A stretch of DNA of 63,918 nt, the filler included, from Asterionella formosa (lineage: Eukaryota): NCBI GenBank assembly GCA_002256025.1. It is 7 parts of 7 records of this genome, joined end to end, with 100 filler letters (N's around TTAATTAATTAA, not from the genome) between each part and the next. Parts side by side here need not be neighbours in the genome. Positions count along the whole stretch, not along the records: positions 1 to 10,113 come from NKIB01009856.1; positions 10,214 to 20,308 come from NKIB01009867.1; 5 more parts are not named here. The stretch is one strand, 5' to 3'. Position numbers and translations under genes: made by a program. Of the stretch, positions 1-11,705 are shown one piece after another. How positions within the stretch are numbered: position 1 is the first letter of the stretch; each line of letters opens with the position of its first letter. The notes under the pieces are model-generated. The model was not told the origin of the DNA. It saw only the letters and a list, made by a program, of their open reading frames with translations, and made no database searches.

Positions 1-2604
1 CCCTGCTGCCGATTCCTATCGCTGGTACCGCATCTGGATATGGGACACAGCCATGTTCCATCAGAATCTGCAATACTTTCTCGTTGTTTCCAACCAAAGT
101 CCACCTACCCCGTAATTCCTCCAATGACCTCATCACAACCAGTTTGCAGGACATTGCCTATGCCTTGTTACATCCCACCACTTGGTCTCCCATTGCCCCA
201 CTCACTGCAACCCACAAAGCTGCTCTCCAGCAGCTCCTTGAAATTCTCTCACTGCCTGATCTCACCCAACTACCCATCACTCCCCTCATGTATAGCCCCA
301 TTCCATCACTGAGGGTGCCCGGTACACCAACAGCATCCATCATCCACCTTATCCCTGATCCTGATGCCTGTACACCTCTCCCGGTCTCTCCAGCCATCGA
401 TGGCACTGCCCAACCACTGAGGGTGCTTAACCCTAACCCTAACCCCTGTTGTTAACCCTACCCCTAACCCTAATCCTCGCTGGCAACCCTAACCCTAAAC
501 CTACTCCTAGGTCCCCTCCTGCCAGTAGCTGCAAGCTCATTCCAGCACCCCCTCGCACCTATTGTGATGCTATTGTGCTGCCCAGTCCCCTGCCACCTTC
601 CCCTCCGGTCACTCACGAAACTACCACTGCACTCAAGAGCCGTTGTCGCCATAAAAACACACCACATGGCTGCTGCACCACATGCCAGCCGTCCCCACAC
701 CCATTCTTTGCTTGCCAACTGTGCTCTCTCTGCCCCTCCTCAAACCACCAGTGCTACTCCCCTGGACACTAATTTTTGTTTCCATGGCACCACTATCGAC
801 CCTGACAATGGCAAAATTGCTGGATATAAAGAATTATTGACTTGCAGCACTGGTCCCCTGTGGGCCACCACCAATGGATTAGAAATTGGCCGGTTATTTC
901 AGGGCTTGGGACCCCATTCTGACATGCCCACGGGTACTAATTGCTGTTTTTTCATTCATAAGCATGAGATGCCCTCACACAAACACGCCTCTTACATCCG
1001 CATTGTGTGTGCCGATCGCCCTGAAAAAACCATTCCCCAACGCATTAGTTGGACCGCTGGGGGTGATTGTGTAATTTACACCGGCAATGCCAGCACCAAG
1101 ACTGCTGATCTCACTACTGCAAAATGTTTGTTTAACAGAACCATCAGTACCCCCAACGGCTGCTTCATAACTCTGGATGTATCTGATTTTTATCTGGAAA
1201 GTCATCTTGCACCTGCCAATTATGAATACGTGCACCTCCCTATATGGATTATCCCCCCACAAATCCAAATCCTCTACAACCTAGCTCCCAAAATCATTGC
1301 TGGGCACATTTACGCCGAAATCCGCCACGGCATGTTTGGGCTGCCTCAGGCTGGTAAACTTGCCAATGATCAACTTGCCCAGTTCTTGCTCCCACATCAT
1401 TACCTCCCCTGCCCAGTCACCCCTGGCCTATGGATGGATACCACCAGTGATCTCATGTTTACGCTTGTTGTTGATGACTTTGGTATACGTTACACCAAAT
1501 GTAGTGACGTGGAATGTCTCCTCACCACTTTACGCACCAAATACCATCTCACAACTGATTGGACTGGCTCCCGTTACATTGGCCTTACGCTGATGTGGGA
1601 CTACGAACACTGCACCGTTGACCTCACTATGCCTGGTTACATTGTTTGTGCTCTACAACGATTCACGCACTCCACCCCAACACACCCACAACATGCCCCC
1701 CATGCCTGGACTGCACCTTGTCATGGCGCTCGCCAGCAATTTGTTGTTCCTGATGTCACTCCTGTCCTTGACCTCCATGATATAACACGTGTGCAGGAGA
1801 TTCTTGGTGCCTTATTGTATTATGCCCGTGCTATTGACTGTACCATGTTGCCTGCCCTTGGTACATTGGCTACACAACAAGCAACCCCTACTGTGGCCAC
1901 CTTGAATGCTATTACTCACCTTCTCAATTATTGTGCCATTCATCCTGAAGCCACACTTCGCTTTACTGCCAGTGACATGGTCCTACATGTTGAAAGCGAG
2001 GATGCCTCCTATCTATCGGAAACGCGTGGTCGCTCCCGCGCTGCCGGCATTCACTTTCTCAGCTGTAAACCCCTGTCTCCAACTTGCCTCACTACGTCCA
2101 TCCCTCCTCTCAACGGTGCTATTTCCGTACACTGTCAAATTCTTAAGGAGGTTTTATCAAGTGCTGCTGAGGCCGAATTAGCTGCCTTGTTCCACAATGG
2201 CAAAGAGGCATATACTATTCGCAACATTCTTGCTGAGCTTGGTCATCCCCAACCTTCTACCCGTATTGTCACCGATAATAGCACTGCCAGTGGCATCGGC
2301 AATGATACAGTCCGACAAAAACGCTCAAAAGCTATGGATATGCGTTATTACTGGGTACGCAATTGGGTTTGCCAAGGCCAATTTCTTGTATACTGGGAAA
2401 AAGGTAGTTTGAATTGTACCAATTATTTCACTAAACATCATTCCGCTTCCCATCATAAGTTGATGCGCCCGCACTATCTTTATTGCCCTCCATCCCTCCC
2501 TTTTCCTCCTAACTACTATGCTTGCTTGGATTCTGATGCTGCTATCATCTCCACCCCGGTTCCTGCTCTTCTGCCTGAATCTGCTGGTGAGGGTGTGTTA
2601 ATAT
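1..2604 (+). mobile_element. Ty1/copia LTR retrotransposon (CoDi-like), 3' half: post-integrase region, linker, RT, RNase H, PPT and first 9 bp of the 3' LTR
   Basis: ORF 564..2609 has copia RT motifs (TLDVSDFYL, GMFGLPQAG, TLVVDDFGI) and RNase H motifs (DASYLSE, SSAAEAE, TDNSTA, RSKAMDMRYYW). GGTGAGGGTG PPT at 2586..2595 is followed by TGTTAATAT. 1697..2604 is closely similar to 10214..11129. Confidence 0.93.
428..510 (+). repeat. Degenerate (CCCTAA)n telomere-like repeats inside the copia IN-RT linker
   Basis: taaccctaaccctaacccc...taaccctacccctaaccctaatcc...caaccctaaccctaaacc; reads as NPNPNP in the pol frame. Confidence 0.75.
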
Positions 2605-2609
2605 GCTGA
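564..2609 (+). pseudogene. Copia pol fragment (RT + RNase H), upstream part frameshifted, probably decayed
   Basis: 681-aa ORF with RT and RNase H motifs. Upstream coding sequence is broken into several frames (84..455, 449..772), and there are many apparent Arg-to-His/Cys changes. Confidence 0.85.
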
Positions 2610-2899
2610 CATTTTCACATGGATGTCATTTCCATTGTCACCGATAAAAGAACCGAAAATACGCCTGCAAGGCACTAATTTTAATGGCTTATATTCCTTC
2701 TATTTTATGCTGGCTGTGTACATCCAAACAACACCATTTATAGAATTATGCGGCACCAGACAGAAACTAATCTTGGTGACTTGCCATTTACTTATATTGG
2801 CCATCTTATAACTGCCAAGTGTTTTTTGTGTTTTCGTTACGACAGATCAGCCACTGGATTCTCCCTAATGATGCAAGCAAGGCAAATGGAAACGCATTT

Positions 2900-3820
2900 G
2901 GAGACAATCACACAAATGCAGACGACGACTATTGATTTGGAGACCACTGTCCACCAAGATTAACCCACCACCCGCAACAAAACAATGCAGTCTTTTGCTA
3001 CAGATACTTAAGTCGATCGATTTTTTGACTCCCTCATACTTCCTGATGACTTTGTGCTTGATAGTGAAAGTACACAGGTGATTACCATTCAAGGTGTTGC
3101 AATGAAGCAGATCTCAGTCAAGATTCTCCGAAAAATTTGCGTCAGATACAAAGTTTCTGGATACAAAAATGCGAAGAAGGCTTTCACTGTTGGTTTGATT
3201 GTTCGACTTTTGAAGAGAGACAGCTTATCACAGGGGATATACCCTAGATCTTTTAATGTCAATGAATCAGACATTGAATTGGATAGTGATAATGATAATC
3301 ACAAACATGGTTGAAATAATGATGAGGAGTTCACAGTTGATGAAGATTGCAAAGATGATGGTGATGAAAGGAATGACAAGGCTCAAGGAAACAAGGTGCA
3401 GCCACATGAGTCTTCGGTCAATCCTCAGTGTGAACAAGAGGAAGTGAACCCTCCTGTAAAAAGCGAAAAAGAAGAAGGCACAGGCAAATGCAACCCCGCC
3501 AGATGCTGCAACCTGCAGCAACACATACTCCCATGTCATTAATGTCTACATGTGCAACAAGCATCGCAGTGATGTTTTGCGTCTAGGTCTGCCACCAGCT
3601 CTTGCTGAACTTGATGCAAGAAGATTTTGAAACAAGCTCATTTTCGATTGACTTGTTGTCACATATGTTGATAATGAGGATGACAACTGCACCATCATTC
3701 TAGCAATTCTCGAAGATGAATACTGGGACCAAGTTGGAATTGATGCTGACTATGCAAAAACATATGATGTCCTCACTTGCAAAGACTTTTCGTTGGTAAT
3801 GGGGTACATTAACCATGATT
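2900..3820 (+). pseudogene. Degenerate ORF, probably a transposon accessory gene (family uncertain)
   Basis: Broken reading frames (3054..3314 KILRKICVRYKVSGYKNAKK..., an acidic tract, then NTYSHVINVYMCNKHRSDVLRLG...) with stops and frameshifts, in sequence that replaces the copia LTR after 2604. Confidence 0.35.
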
Positions 3821-4282
3821 ATGTCGCCATAAGGACTCAAAACTGAGATTTACCGCAATGGCTTTCTCCTTTTCAGAGCGGCTACAAATAGCCTACAGCG
3901 ATAACTCTAGCAAGTACAATATGGAAAAAGAAGCAAAGGATGAGGAGCTGTCAATGATTAAATTTGTAAATTTCTATAGAAACAGCTGTTGCATATTTTT
4001 GTGTTCATCACATGTCGCCATAGTGACTCAAAACTGTGATTTGCCACAATGGCCTTCTCCTTTTCGGAACGGCTACAAATAGTCTACAGCAATAACTCTA
4101 GCAAGTACAATATGAAAAAAGAAGCAATGGATGAGGAGCTGTCAACGATCGAATTTGTAAATTTCTATAGAAAGCTGATGCATATTTTTTGTGTTCATCA
4201 CTTGTCACCATAGTAACTCGAATGGAGATGTGCCACGATGGCCATCTACTTTTCGGAGCCAGTACAAGTTGTCTACAATGAT

Positions 4283-4551
4283 TAAAATAATAATAATAAT
4301 AATTATTATAATTATAATAATTGTCAATCAAATCTTATAGTTCGTTAAAGCTATCCAATAATCGCAATTGTGCCCAAATAAATAGACACAATTAGTACCG
4401 GTTTTATTCGTTTGTACAGTACAACGGGATCTGTCTCCTTGTCAGCCACAAACCCCGGAACCCTAGGGACTACATAAAAGAACGACAGGTAGAGAATGCA
4501 GGAATCGAACCCGCCACCTCCTGAGGTATACTAACCGCTAAGCCATTTCCT
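4283..4551 (-). mobile_element. tRNA-derived SINE (269 bp) with (TTA)n tail and 17-bp target-site duplication
   Basis: The minus strand starts AGGAAATGGCTTAGCGG (A box), contains GCGGGTTCGATTCCTGC (B box and T-arm) and ends in an (ATT)n tail at 4283..4322. Flanks: aagttgtctacaatgat (4266..4282) and aagtcatctacaatgat (4552..4568). Confidence 0.85.
4501..4545 (-). promoter_or_regulatory. RNA polymerase III type-2 internal promoter (A and B boxes) of the SINE head
   Basis: A box TGGCTTAGCGG (4545..4535) and B box GGTTCGATTCC (4511..4501) both match the consensus and are 23 nt apart. Confidence 0.85.
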
Positions 4552-5399
4552 AAGTCATCTACAATGATAACTCTAGTAAGTAGGATAAACTGAATGCAGC
4601 AAGTGATGAGAAGCTGTAAACGATCGAATGTACAAATTTCTATAGAAACAGCGGTTGCACATTTTTCTGTTGATCGCATCTTGCTGTAGTGACTCGAATT
4701 GAGATTTGGTGCCACAAAGGCCTTCAACTTTTCGGAGCCAGTACAAGTTGTCTACAATGATAACTCTTGTAAATAGGATGTATTAAACTCAACAGGTGAC
4801 AAGGAGCTGTCAACAAACAAATTTATAAATTTCGATAGAAACAGCTGTTATATATATTTGTGCGTAAATCTTTTTCTTTGCCACCTTGTGTTTCCTCTTG
4901 CCCTTTGCTGCAACCTCCTCGAAATTCCTAAAGTACTAGCTCTCATCACTCATCATCACTTCTTTAATTTCATATCCAAACAGTTCTGGGGTTCAATGTT
5001 CTGATCTATACAAGCCTTGTAGATCTCACTCTTTTGCTTCCTCAGAAGCTCCATATACATCTTCGTCTGCATCTCTTAACGGTACCAATCCATGGCTCCC
5101 TTGACTTGGTATGGGGGATAATCCTGTTTGAACTCTTTGCACTCTTAGTAATACTAGTTGTCACTGCTGTAGTTCTTCCTGAAATAACTTGTGGAGTCAA
5201 TCCATTAATGGAAGATGCCGAAGTTGTGCTTAGTGAAAGGGTAATGGGAACTAGATCATTACAAGATCTAATGGCAGGCATGCTGTTGTTCCCTGCCATA
5301 ACTACAATGAAGATGAGCAACAGTTAGTCAATTTTCATGTAACTCAGTTCAACAATGCCACCATCTATTCGCCAAATTGACATACCTTGAGTAACTACA

Positions 5400-6533
5400 A
5401 CCAGCCGGATCAAGAAGAGTCGACTTGAAGCTGATATCCAACTGTCTGCTCACGGCAGTTGCCCTTTGATGAACCACTAGCTCATGTAGACTCTTGTACC
5501 CAGCATTTCCCTTTGCTTCCCAGCCCCCATATCTCTATCCCTGTCTTCCAGCACCTTTATAAACATATTTTGGTGCAGGAGTATCATTGTCATGACCCTT
5601 CGTCATTGCCTTAGTATGCAACCACATATATCAACAATTCTCGAAGACTAACAAGGAAAAGATGTCGTCAGAAACACTTACGATGTCACTGACATGCTTC
5701 TTAGCACTTTGACATTTCCAAGACAACTTTCGCCCAACTTTGGAATAGAAGTACTCAACTAGAAGGAAGAAAGGATGATTTTTGGCTCCTTCTCTATCAG
5801 CTGTCTCCTGAGTAGAAACAGAATGGATGTTGGAGATTGTATGCTTATTCAGATGAATGTGCATACCATCATGAAATGGTCCTGAAGACTTTTGGATTGG
5901 AATGGGATGATTTGTTAGAAACCAAGTAGTATGTTGAACAAGTCAAGAATACATCAGGCATACCAAATCATGTTGTTGACTTACTTGCAAAGGCATGTTT
6001 GAGAGTGGTAACAATGGTGTTTTTCTTTTTATCCATAACTTAATTGATATCATTCTTATATGTCTGTCAAATTGCCTCAAAGTCCTTGTCAGTTCCCATT
6101 AACAGGCTTGGGAAGTTAGCACAAAATGAGAGTGCCAGACTAACTGGTCCCCTTTCACCTAGGTCAATATTACCAGTGATAAACTTGACTTTAGGAAAAA
6201 ACTCAAGCTTGACCCATTGACAGACATTTTGGGTCCAATGCTTTTATCTTCCAATGCAATGGCCACCAGAAAGTTGAAGTCTTTGCTTCTCAGTAACTTT
6301 GTGAAGCTCTTCAATCTCCTTTCTACTTTTCTCCAACTCAGATTTTCAATTCTCTTGTTGTTAGAAATAGTCAAAATTTTACTCTTACCATCAGTTGATA
6401 AAATGAGACTTTCATCATCATCACTAAGAGAATTGCTGTTCTCCGCTCCAGGAATATAGACTCCATTGTTGCTTTCACTGTCAGATGCAGAGGAAGCCTC
6501 AGCCTGAGACAGCTCCAGCAAATGTTTTGACAT
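5400..6533 (-). pseudogene. Degenerate ORF remnant, likely transposon-associated
   Basis: Collinear fragments 6159..6533 and 5631..5864 (IVSVSDDIFSLLVFENC) separated by stops and frameshifts; CpG-poor sequence. Confidence 0.3.
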
Positions 6534-6702
6534 TATCTCCGAAATAGCTTGCCAGTGCTACAAGAAGCTACATGTACCATGCAATTGGACTAAAACAATC
6601 TGAGTCGTAATTGCATAGGGTAAAATATGAATGACTTAGTATAAGGTAGTTCTATTTTACAAAATATGTAATATTTATGATGAAATTAAATGCTCATGAT
6701 TC

Positions 6703-9700
6703 TCAAGGGGATTCCTCGCTATTTTCATTGATTGGTATTGACTGAGATTTTGAGGAACCGATTGCAGCATCTTCTTCATCGACAACATTTTCACGTTCAA
6801 TGGACATGTAATCGCCATCCGCAATGTTGATAACGTCTTGCTCGTCCCCTATTTCCTCGTTTTGAATGTCATCTATATCATTGAGTTTTTTGATTCGCGA
6901 GCGTTCATCTGCGCCATAGGCTTTCAATGACCTATTCGAACGTGGATTGTAAATGACCTTGAGCCCAAAATCATGTTCTCCCGATTCGTCAATAGTAGAA
7001 GGACACTTTTTTAATTTCATTGACTTGCGAATTTCAGCGACACCAGAAAAGAGGGATGAGCGAATCGAACGTCGACCTGTAGATTCTTTCGCATTGGGAG
7101 ATTCCTCTGAATTGATTTCGTCGCCGAGATCCTCACTATCCTTGCATTCGCCTTTCGGGATTACTGCTACCGCGGCAGAGGTGGTAGCTGTAGCGACATC
7201 ATCGCCGCTTGGAGTCGAATTCTCCGAGATTACTCCGTGCGTCAGTGTGTCCGTGTGGGATTTGTCCATAGGGAGAGCAGAGTTACTGGCATTGTTGACA
7301 TATGCGAATGTGGCTTGACGCGAACGAGCTTGGAACAAGTTGTAAGCTTGTCGCTTGCTATCTTCAGAAACTTTTAGACGGTCCGCACGAATGGATAACA
7401 TCTTGGGAATGAAAATCAAGAGCAAAACTGCAAGTGCCGTGATGAAGATAATGCCAGCTTCGACAAAGAACTTGGCCTGAGGATTTTCCCAAACAACAAT
7501 CAAGATAGGGATACCCATACACCACGCCTGTAACACAGATGCCATACTGATGGCTATATATCGTGATTCATGGTACTCCGTTTCAATATTTCGAGCTTGA
7601 TAGGCCCACCAATTGGCTACAAGAAGGGCCGAGATGTTGAAAATTAAGATCGCAATTACAAACGGCAAGGAGTCTCCATTGCTGCAAATCCCATACGACT
7701 CAATGGGACGGTCGAAGATGTCCGTCGACGATGCAGGCACTCGATTCCATTCCAATGGAGCGATTAAAGTCCAAGGTATCATCACAGCAAGGTTGAGACC
7801 AAAGAGAATGGTGAAAGACACAAAAAAATCAAGAGAGGTCATGTGAATGAAATCAAGCTCGGGGTTCGTGAAAGCCTGCAAAATTGAGAATGAAGAAAGG
7901 TCAGATATGCAAATAATCAATTCCCAGAGCAAGGCTCAAAAGTACACTTACCTGGTGGACACCACGAGTTTTTGCCATCAAAGCTGAAAAAGCCAAAATA
8001 GCACCAGATAAGTAAAGCCACGGAGCTGCCATACAGGCTGCATCCAGTCCTGCAAGTCCTGTCACTGTCTCGTCGAAGGAAAGCGGGATAATGGACGATG
8101 CCATAACAAAGGTTCCCATGCAAATCATGAACAAGAAGAGTGGTTGTGATGATCGCACAATGCGCTCTGAACTGAACCATAGCAACCAACCCAATGCCAT
8201 CAAGCACGCAAACATGACAATTCCCATCAAAGTATAACCAACTGCCAGCCCAGTAGGTCCAATGTAATTTTCATTAACAACTGCGTCAGGAAGGCTCTGA
8301 GGGACTGTTGTCCCACCACCGGCATATACAAACGACCGGTTCTCAATCGTTGACCAGATGCCGTCGGTGTAAGAATTTGTAGGAACAATGTCGAACAAAG
8401 TCGTATTAGAGTCGCTTGCTTTGGAGGGTCGAATGTTCAGGACTTGAAAAGTCAATGTATTATAATCACGAGTACCCGTCACAGGATCAATTTTCAGGCG
8501 ACCGGAAGCTCCATCCTGATCTAGATTGCGGAAAAATTCAAACGCAGATGAGCCTGTGAAATTGTCAGTGTGATTGTACTGAGCCAAAGCACGGCAATAA
8601 CTCAAGGCCAAACCAGTGACAGCGTCATACGCCAACGAACCATGGCTTGTGGGTTCTTGGGAAAATTTCCAATTTAGGTCATAACCAGCGATGGAGCTCA
8701 GAGATGCATCAACCTTGCCGTTGGCATATTTTAAAAAGTCTTTGTTCATCATGGCATCTCTCCACGCTGTTCGAAAGCGCTGAAAACTAGAAGTAGGATT
8801 CTTTTGGACAGGTGGAACGTCATCCTTGTGAGGATAAATAATTTCAGGACGAATTCCACCGCTCACCTCAATCAAACCAATACCAGCGGAAGCCTTCGCA
8901 AGGCTCGAGTCTGGGTGAAAGAAAGGGAGTCAATCAAACTTCATGTCCAAACTGACAAATCAGAAAAAGGAATACCCTGTCTATGGAAGTGCCTTACCTG
9001 CTTTGAACTTGAGTTTGCTACGAAAGGTGGGAAGATCAAATCCATCGAAAATCCACAATTTTCCGTCACCAACTAATCCCTGATCATACGCGGCTTGCAT
9101 GATGGCCTCATAATGAGACTCAAATGCAATAACGTAAAACAAATTAAATTGTTTGCTTTTCAAAGATGCGACCGCGTTGGGAATCTCAAGACCATTGAAA
9201 TCTGCAGCGTAGGAAAATGCAACCGAATCTGTGATAATTCCGACTTGAGTAGCAGCGTCCTGAAATGCTTTTTGTAATGACGATCCAAACGAGTCAGTCA
9301 CAAACAAAATCCCAACATGAGTGGCTTTGAGGATTTTGCTGAAATACTCCACTGGAACCTGAGCTTCGCCAATACTTCCCATAATAGTGCGCCCAAAGAT
9401 AGGATACTGTTCCTTTACATCGAAGTCGTTCGCAGTCGAAGCGTAAGAGACTTGAGGAATATCGTTCACTCCAGTGAGAATAGCAATGGGAGAGGTGACT
9501 GCCGAACGGTATGCTCCGATGACTCCAGCAGGAAGCGGACTTTCTAAGGAATGATTGCGTTGAAGAACACGAGTAAATACTCTGGTAGCATTGATCGGAG
9601 AATTCTGCGAGTCCAAAAGTTCCAAAGTGACCTTGATGTTGCAATGAGAGAGTTCCTCGGCATCGAGAAACGGCGACAGTCCAAAATTATTGAAATGGTA

Positions 9701-9967
9701 AATGGCCAATAGCGCTGCACCGGCGTCGTTCCTGTTGCCCTCTCTAAAGCCAGAACTATCTGTAAAGGGCAACAAAGCAGTAAAACTCGCTAAACGATAG
9801 ACCTCTCCTTCAGAGTCAGTAACCGAGAAGAGATTGTTCAATGAACTGTTCGCAACAGATGTTGACAGCGAGCGATTTCTTCTTAACATGTCGAAGTAAT
9901 CGATTGGTGTTTCTGCTGTTGCACTCAACAGCATAAACCATGAGCCTATTAAGAAGCTCGTCAGCAT
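6703..9967 (-). CDS. Class C G-protein-coupled receptor (GABA-B-like; Venus-flytrap/ANF domain + 7TM_3), 3 exons, about 1033 aa
   Basis: Signal peptide; VIGAYRSAVT and IPQVSYASTANDF...YPIFGRT (ANF receptor); IVRSSQPLFLFMIC and ARNIETEYHESRYI (7TM_3). Exons 9967..8998, 8910..7952 and 7875..6703, with GT-AG introns 8997..8911 and 7951..7876, give one open frame of 3102 nt. Confidence 0.92.
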
Positions 9968-10113
9968 GGTCCTCTTATTGTGATTGGGCGATGCAAAGGG
10001 AACTAGGCTACTAATAGACAGAAGGATGATGATCCCATTAGGATGTTGGCGGCGACTGCGAGGACTATCATGGGGAAGATGACTGCCGGTAAATACCGGG
10101 ACACGCGTAGAAT

Positions 10114-10213
10114 NNNNNNNNNNNNNNNNNNNNNNNNNNNNNNNNNNNNNNNNNNNNTTAATTAATTAANNNNNNNNNNNNNNNNNNNNNNNNNNNNNNN
10201 NNNNNNNNNNNNN
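10114..10213. other. Artificial contig spacer
   Basis: 100 nt of N with a central TTAATTAATTAA (stops in all six frames); identical at six positions. Confidence 0.98.
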
Positions 10214-11299
10214 CCCCCCCCCAATGCCTGGACTGCACCTAGTCATGGCGCTCGCCAGCAATTTGTTGTTCCTGATGTCACTCCTGTCCTTGACCTCCAT
10301 GATAAAACACGTGTGCAAGAGATTCTTGGTACTTTATTGTATTATGCCAATGCTATTGACTATACTATGTTGCCGGCCCTTGGTACATTGGCTACACAAC
10401 AAGCAACCCCCACTGTGGCTACCTTGACTGCTATTACTCACCTTCTCAATTATTGTGCCACTCATCCTGAAGCCAGCACACTTCGCTTTACTGCCAGTGA
10501 CATGGTCCTCCATGTTGAAAGCGATGCCTCCTATCTATCTGAAACACGTTGTCGCTCCCGCGTTGCCGGCATTCACTTTCTCAGCTGTAAACCCCTGTCT
10601 CCGCCTTGCCTCACTACGTCCATCCCTCCTCTTAACGGTGCTATTTATGTACACTGTCAAATTCTTAAGGAGGTTTTATCAAGTGTTGCTGAGGCCGAAT
10701 TAGCTGCTTTGTCCCACAATGGCAAAGAGGCATATGATATTCGCAACATTCTTGCTGAGCTTGGTCATCCCCAACCTTCTACCCGTATTGTCACCAATAA
10801 CAGCACTGCCATTGGCATCGCCAATGATACCGCCCAACAAAAACGCTCCAAAGCTATGGATATGCGTTATTACTGGGTACACGATTGGGTTCGCCAAGGC
10901 CAATTTCTTGTATACTGGAAAAAAGGTAGTTTGAATCGTGCCGATTATTTCACTAAGAAACATCATCCCGCTTCCCATCATACATTGATGCGCCCGCAAT
11001 ATCTCCATTGCCCTCCATCCCTCCCTAGTCCTCCTAACTATTATGCGTGCTTGGCTTCCGATGCTGCTAACATCTCCACCCCGCTTCCTGTTCTTCTGCC
11101 TGAATCTGCTGGTGAGGGTGTGTTAATATCTGCATATGATGCTCCATACATGCGCCGTACGAACCACACCAGCGCAGCCACCAGATTACCGGTAGGTACA
11201 TGCGTGAGTGCTAACAACGATGTACTCGAAACAGCAAGAGAATAGTCGTTATAATGTACTAGTAGTTCACCTTTATTCACGACAAGGTTCCCCTCAACA
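10214..11299 (+). mobile_element. Second copy of the CoDi-like copia family: RT C-terminus, RNase H, PPT and 3' LTR
   Basis: Closely similar to 1697..2604; ORF 10313..11245; PPT 11111..11120. The LTR starts TGTTAATA at 11121 and ends at ...TTCA 11279 or ...AACA 11299 (end uncertain). Confidence 0.9.
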
Positions 11300-11331
11300 G
11301 AGTCATGAGGAGTATGATTTATTATTTTGCA

Positions 11332-11705
11332 TGTTAAAAGGTCTCGTACTCCTTCCCGTCTGACGGGTTCCTCTTCCATAGGACTTACCTGTTATACCAC
11401 TAGTGGTGTTATCTTCTTTCTGCTGCTAGCCTTCGTGATAGCTTTCGCTATTGACCAAAACTCTGTCAATTCTCACTGCTTCTTAATTATAAGCTTAAAC
11501 TAAAACTAAGTTTCAATCCCATTCATTACACTTCGAGAACCTGTTCTTCGTGTTCCATTTTCGTTGATGTGAACCTTCTTGAAGGTTCACATCAATCTCG
11601 TTAGCAAGCTTCTTGACATGGGAACGCACCATTTGACTCATTGGACTATAATCGAGTCCACAGTCCTTGTGACTCATTATAGCCATTGATGCTATATTCT
11701 TGACA
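11332..11705 (-). repeat. 3' LTR (374 bp)
   Basis: TG...CA ends; matches 19491..19869; preceded on the minus strand by the PPT GAGGAGGA (11706..11713). Confidence 0.95.

Larger units (their letters stand above)
3821..4866. repeat. Tandem array of four ~190-bp units, the third interrupted by a SINE
   Basis: The landmark gactcaa/aactcga/gactcga recurs at 3834, 4025, 4215 and 4691 (periods 191, 190, 190+286). Shared blocks include ataactctag, gagctgtcaa and aatttctatagaaa. Confidence 0.9.

Noticed and set aside
2605..4446. TIR pair GCTGACA...TGTCAGC defining a DNA transposon
   Set aside because: Only 7 bp match, there is no TSD, and the right-hand copy lies inside the SINE body.
4491..4551. 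Functional tRNA gene
   Set aside because: The A-to-B box spacing is only 23 nt, there is no proper anticodon arm and the acceptor stem is imperfect; the tail and TSD fit a SINE better.
3821..4866. CRISPR-like array
   Set aside because: The whole 190-bp unit is repeated with no unique spacers, there are no cas genes, and the context is eukaryotic.
6953..9644. Antisense and alternate-frame ORFs overlapping the GPCR (and similarly over the other genes and pol regions)
   Set aside because: Shadow ORFs without recognisable motifs, explained by the real gene on the other frame or strand.
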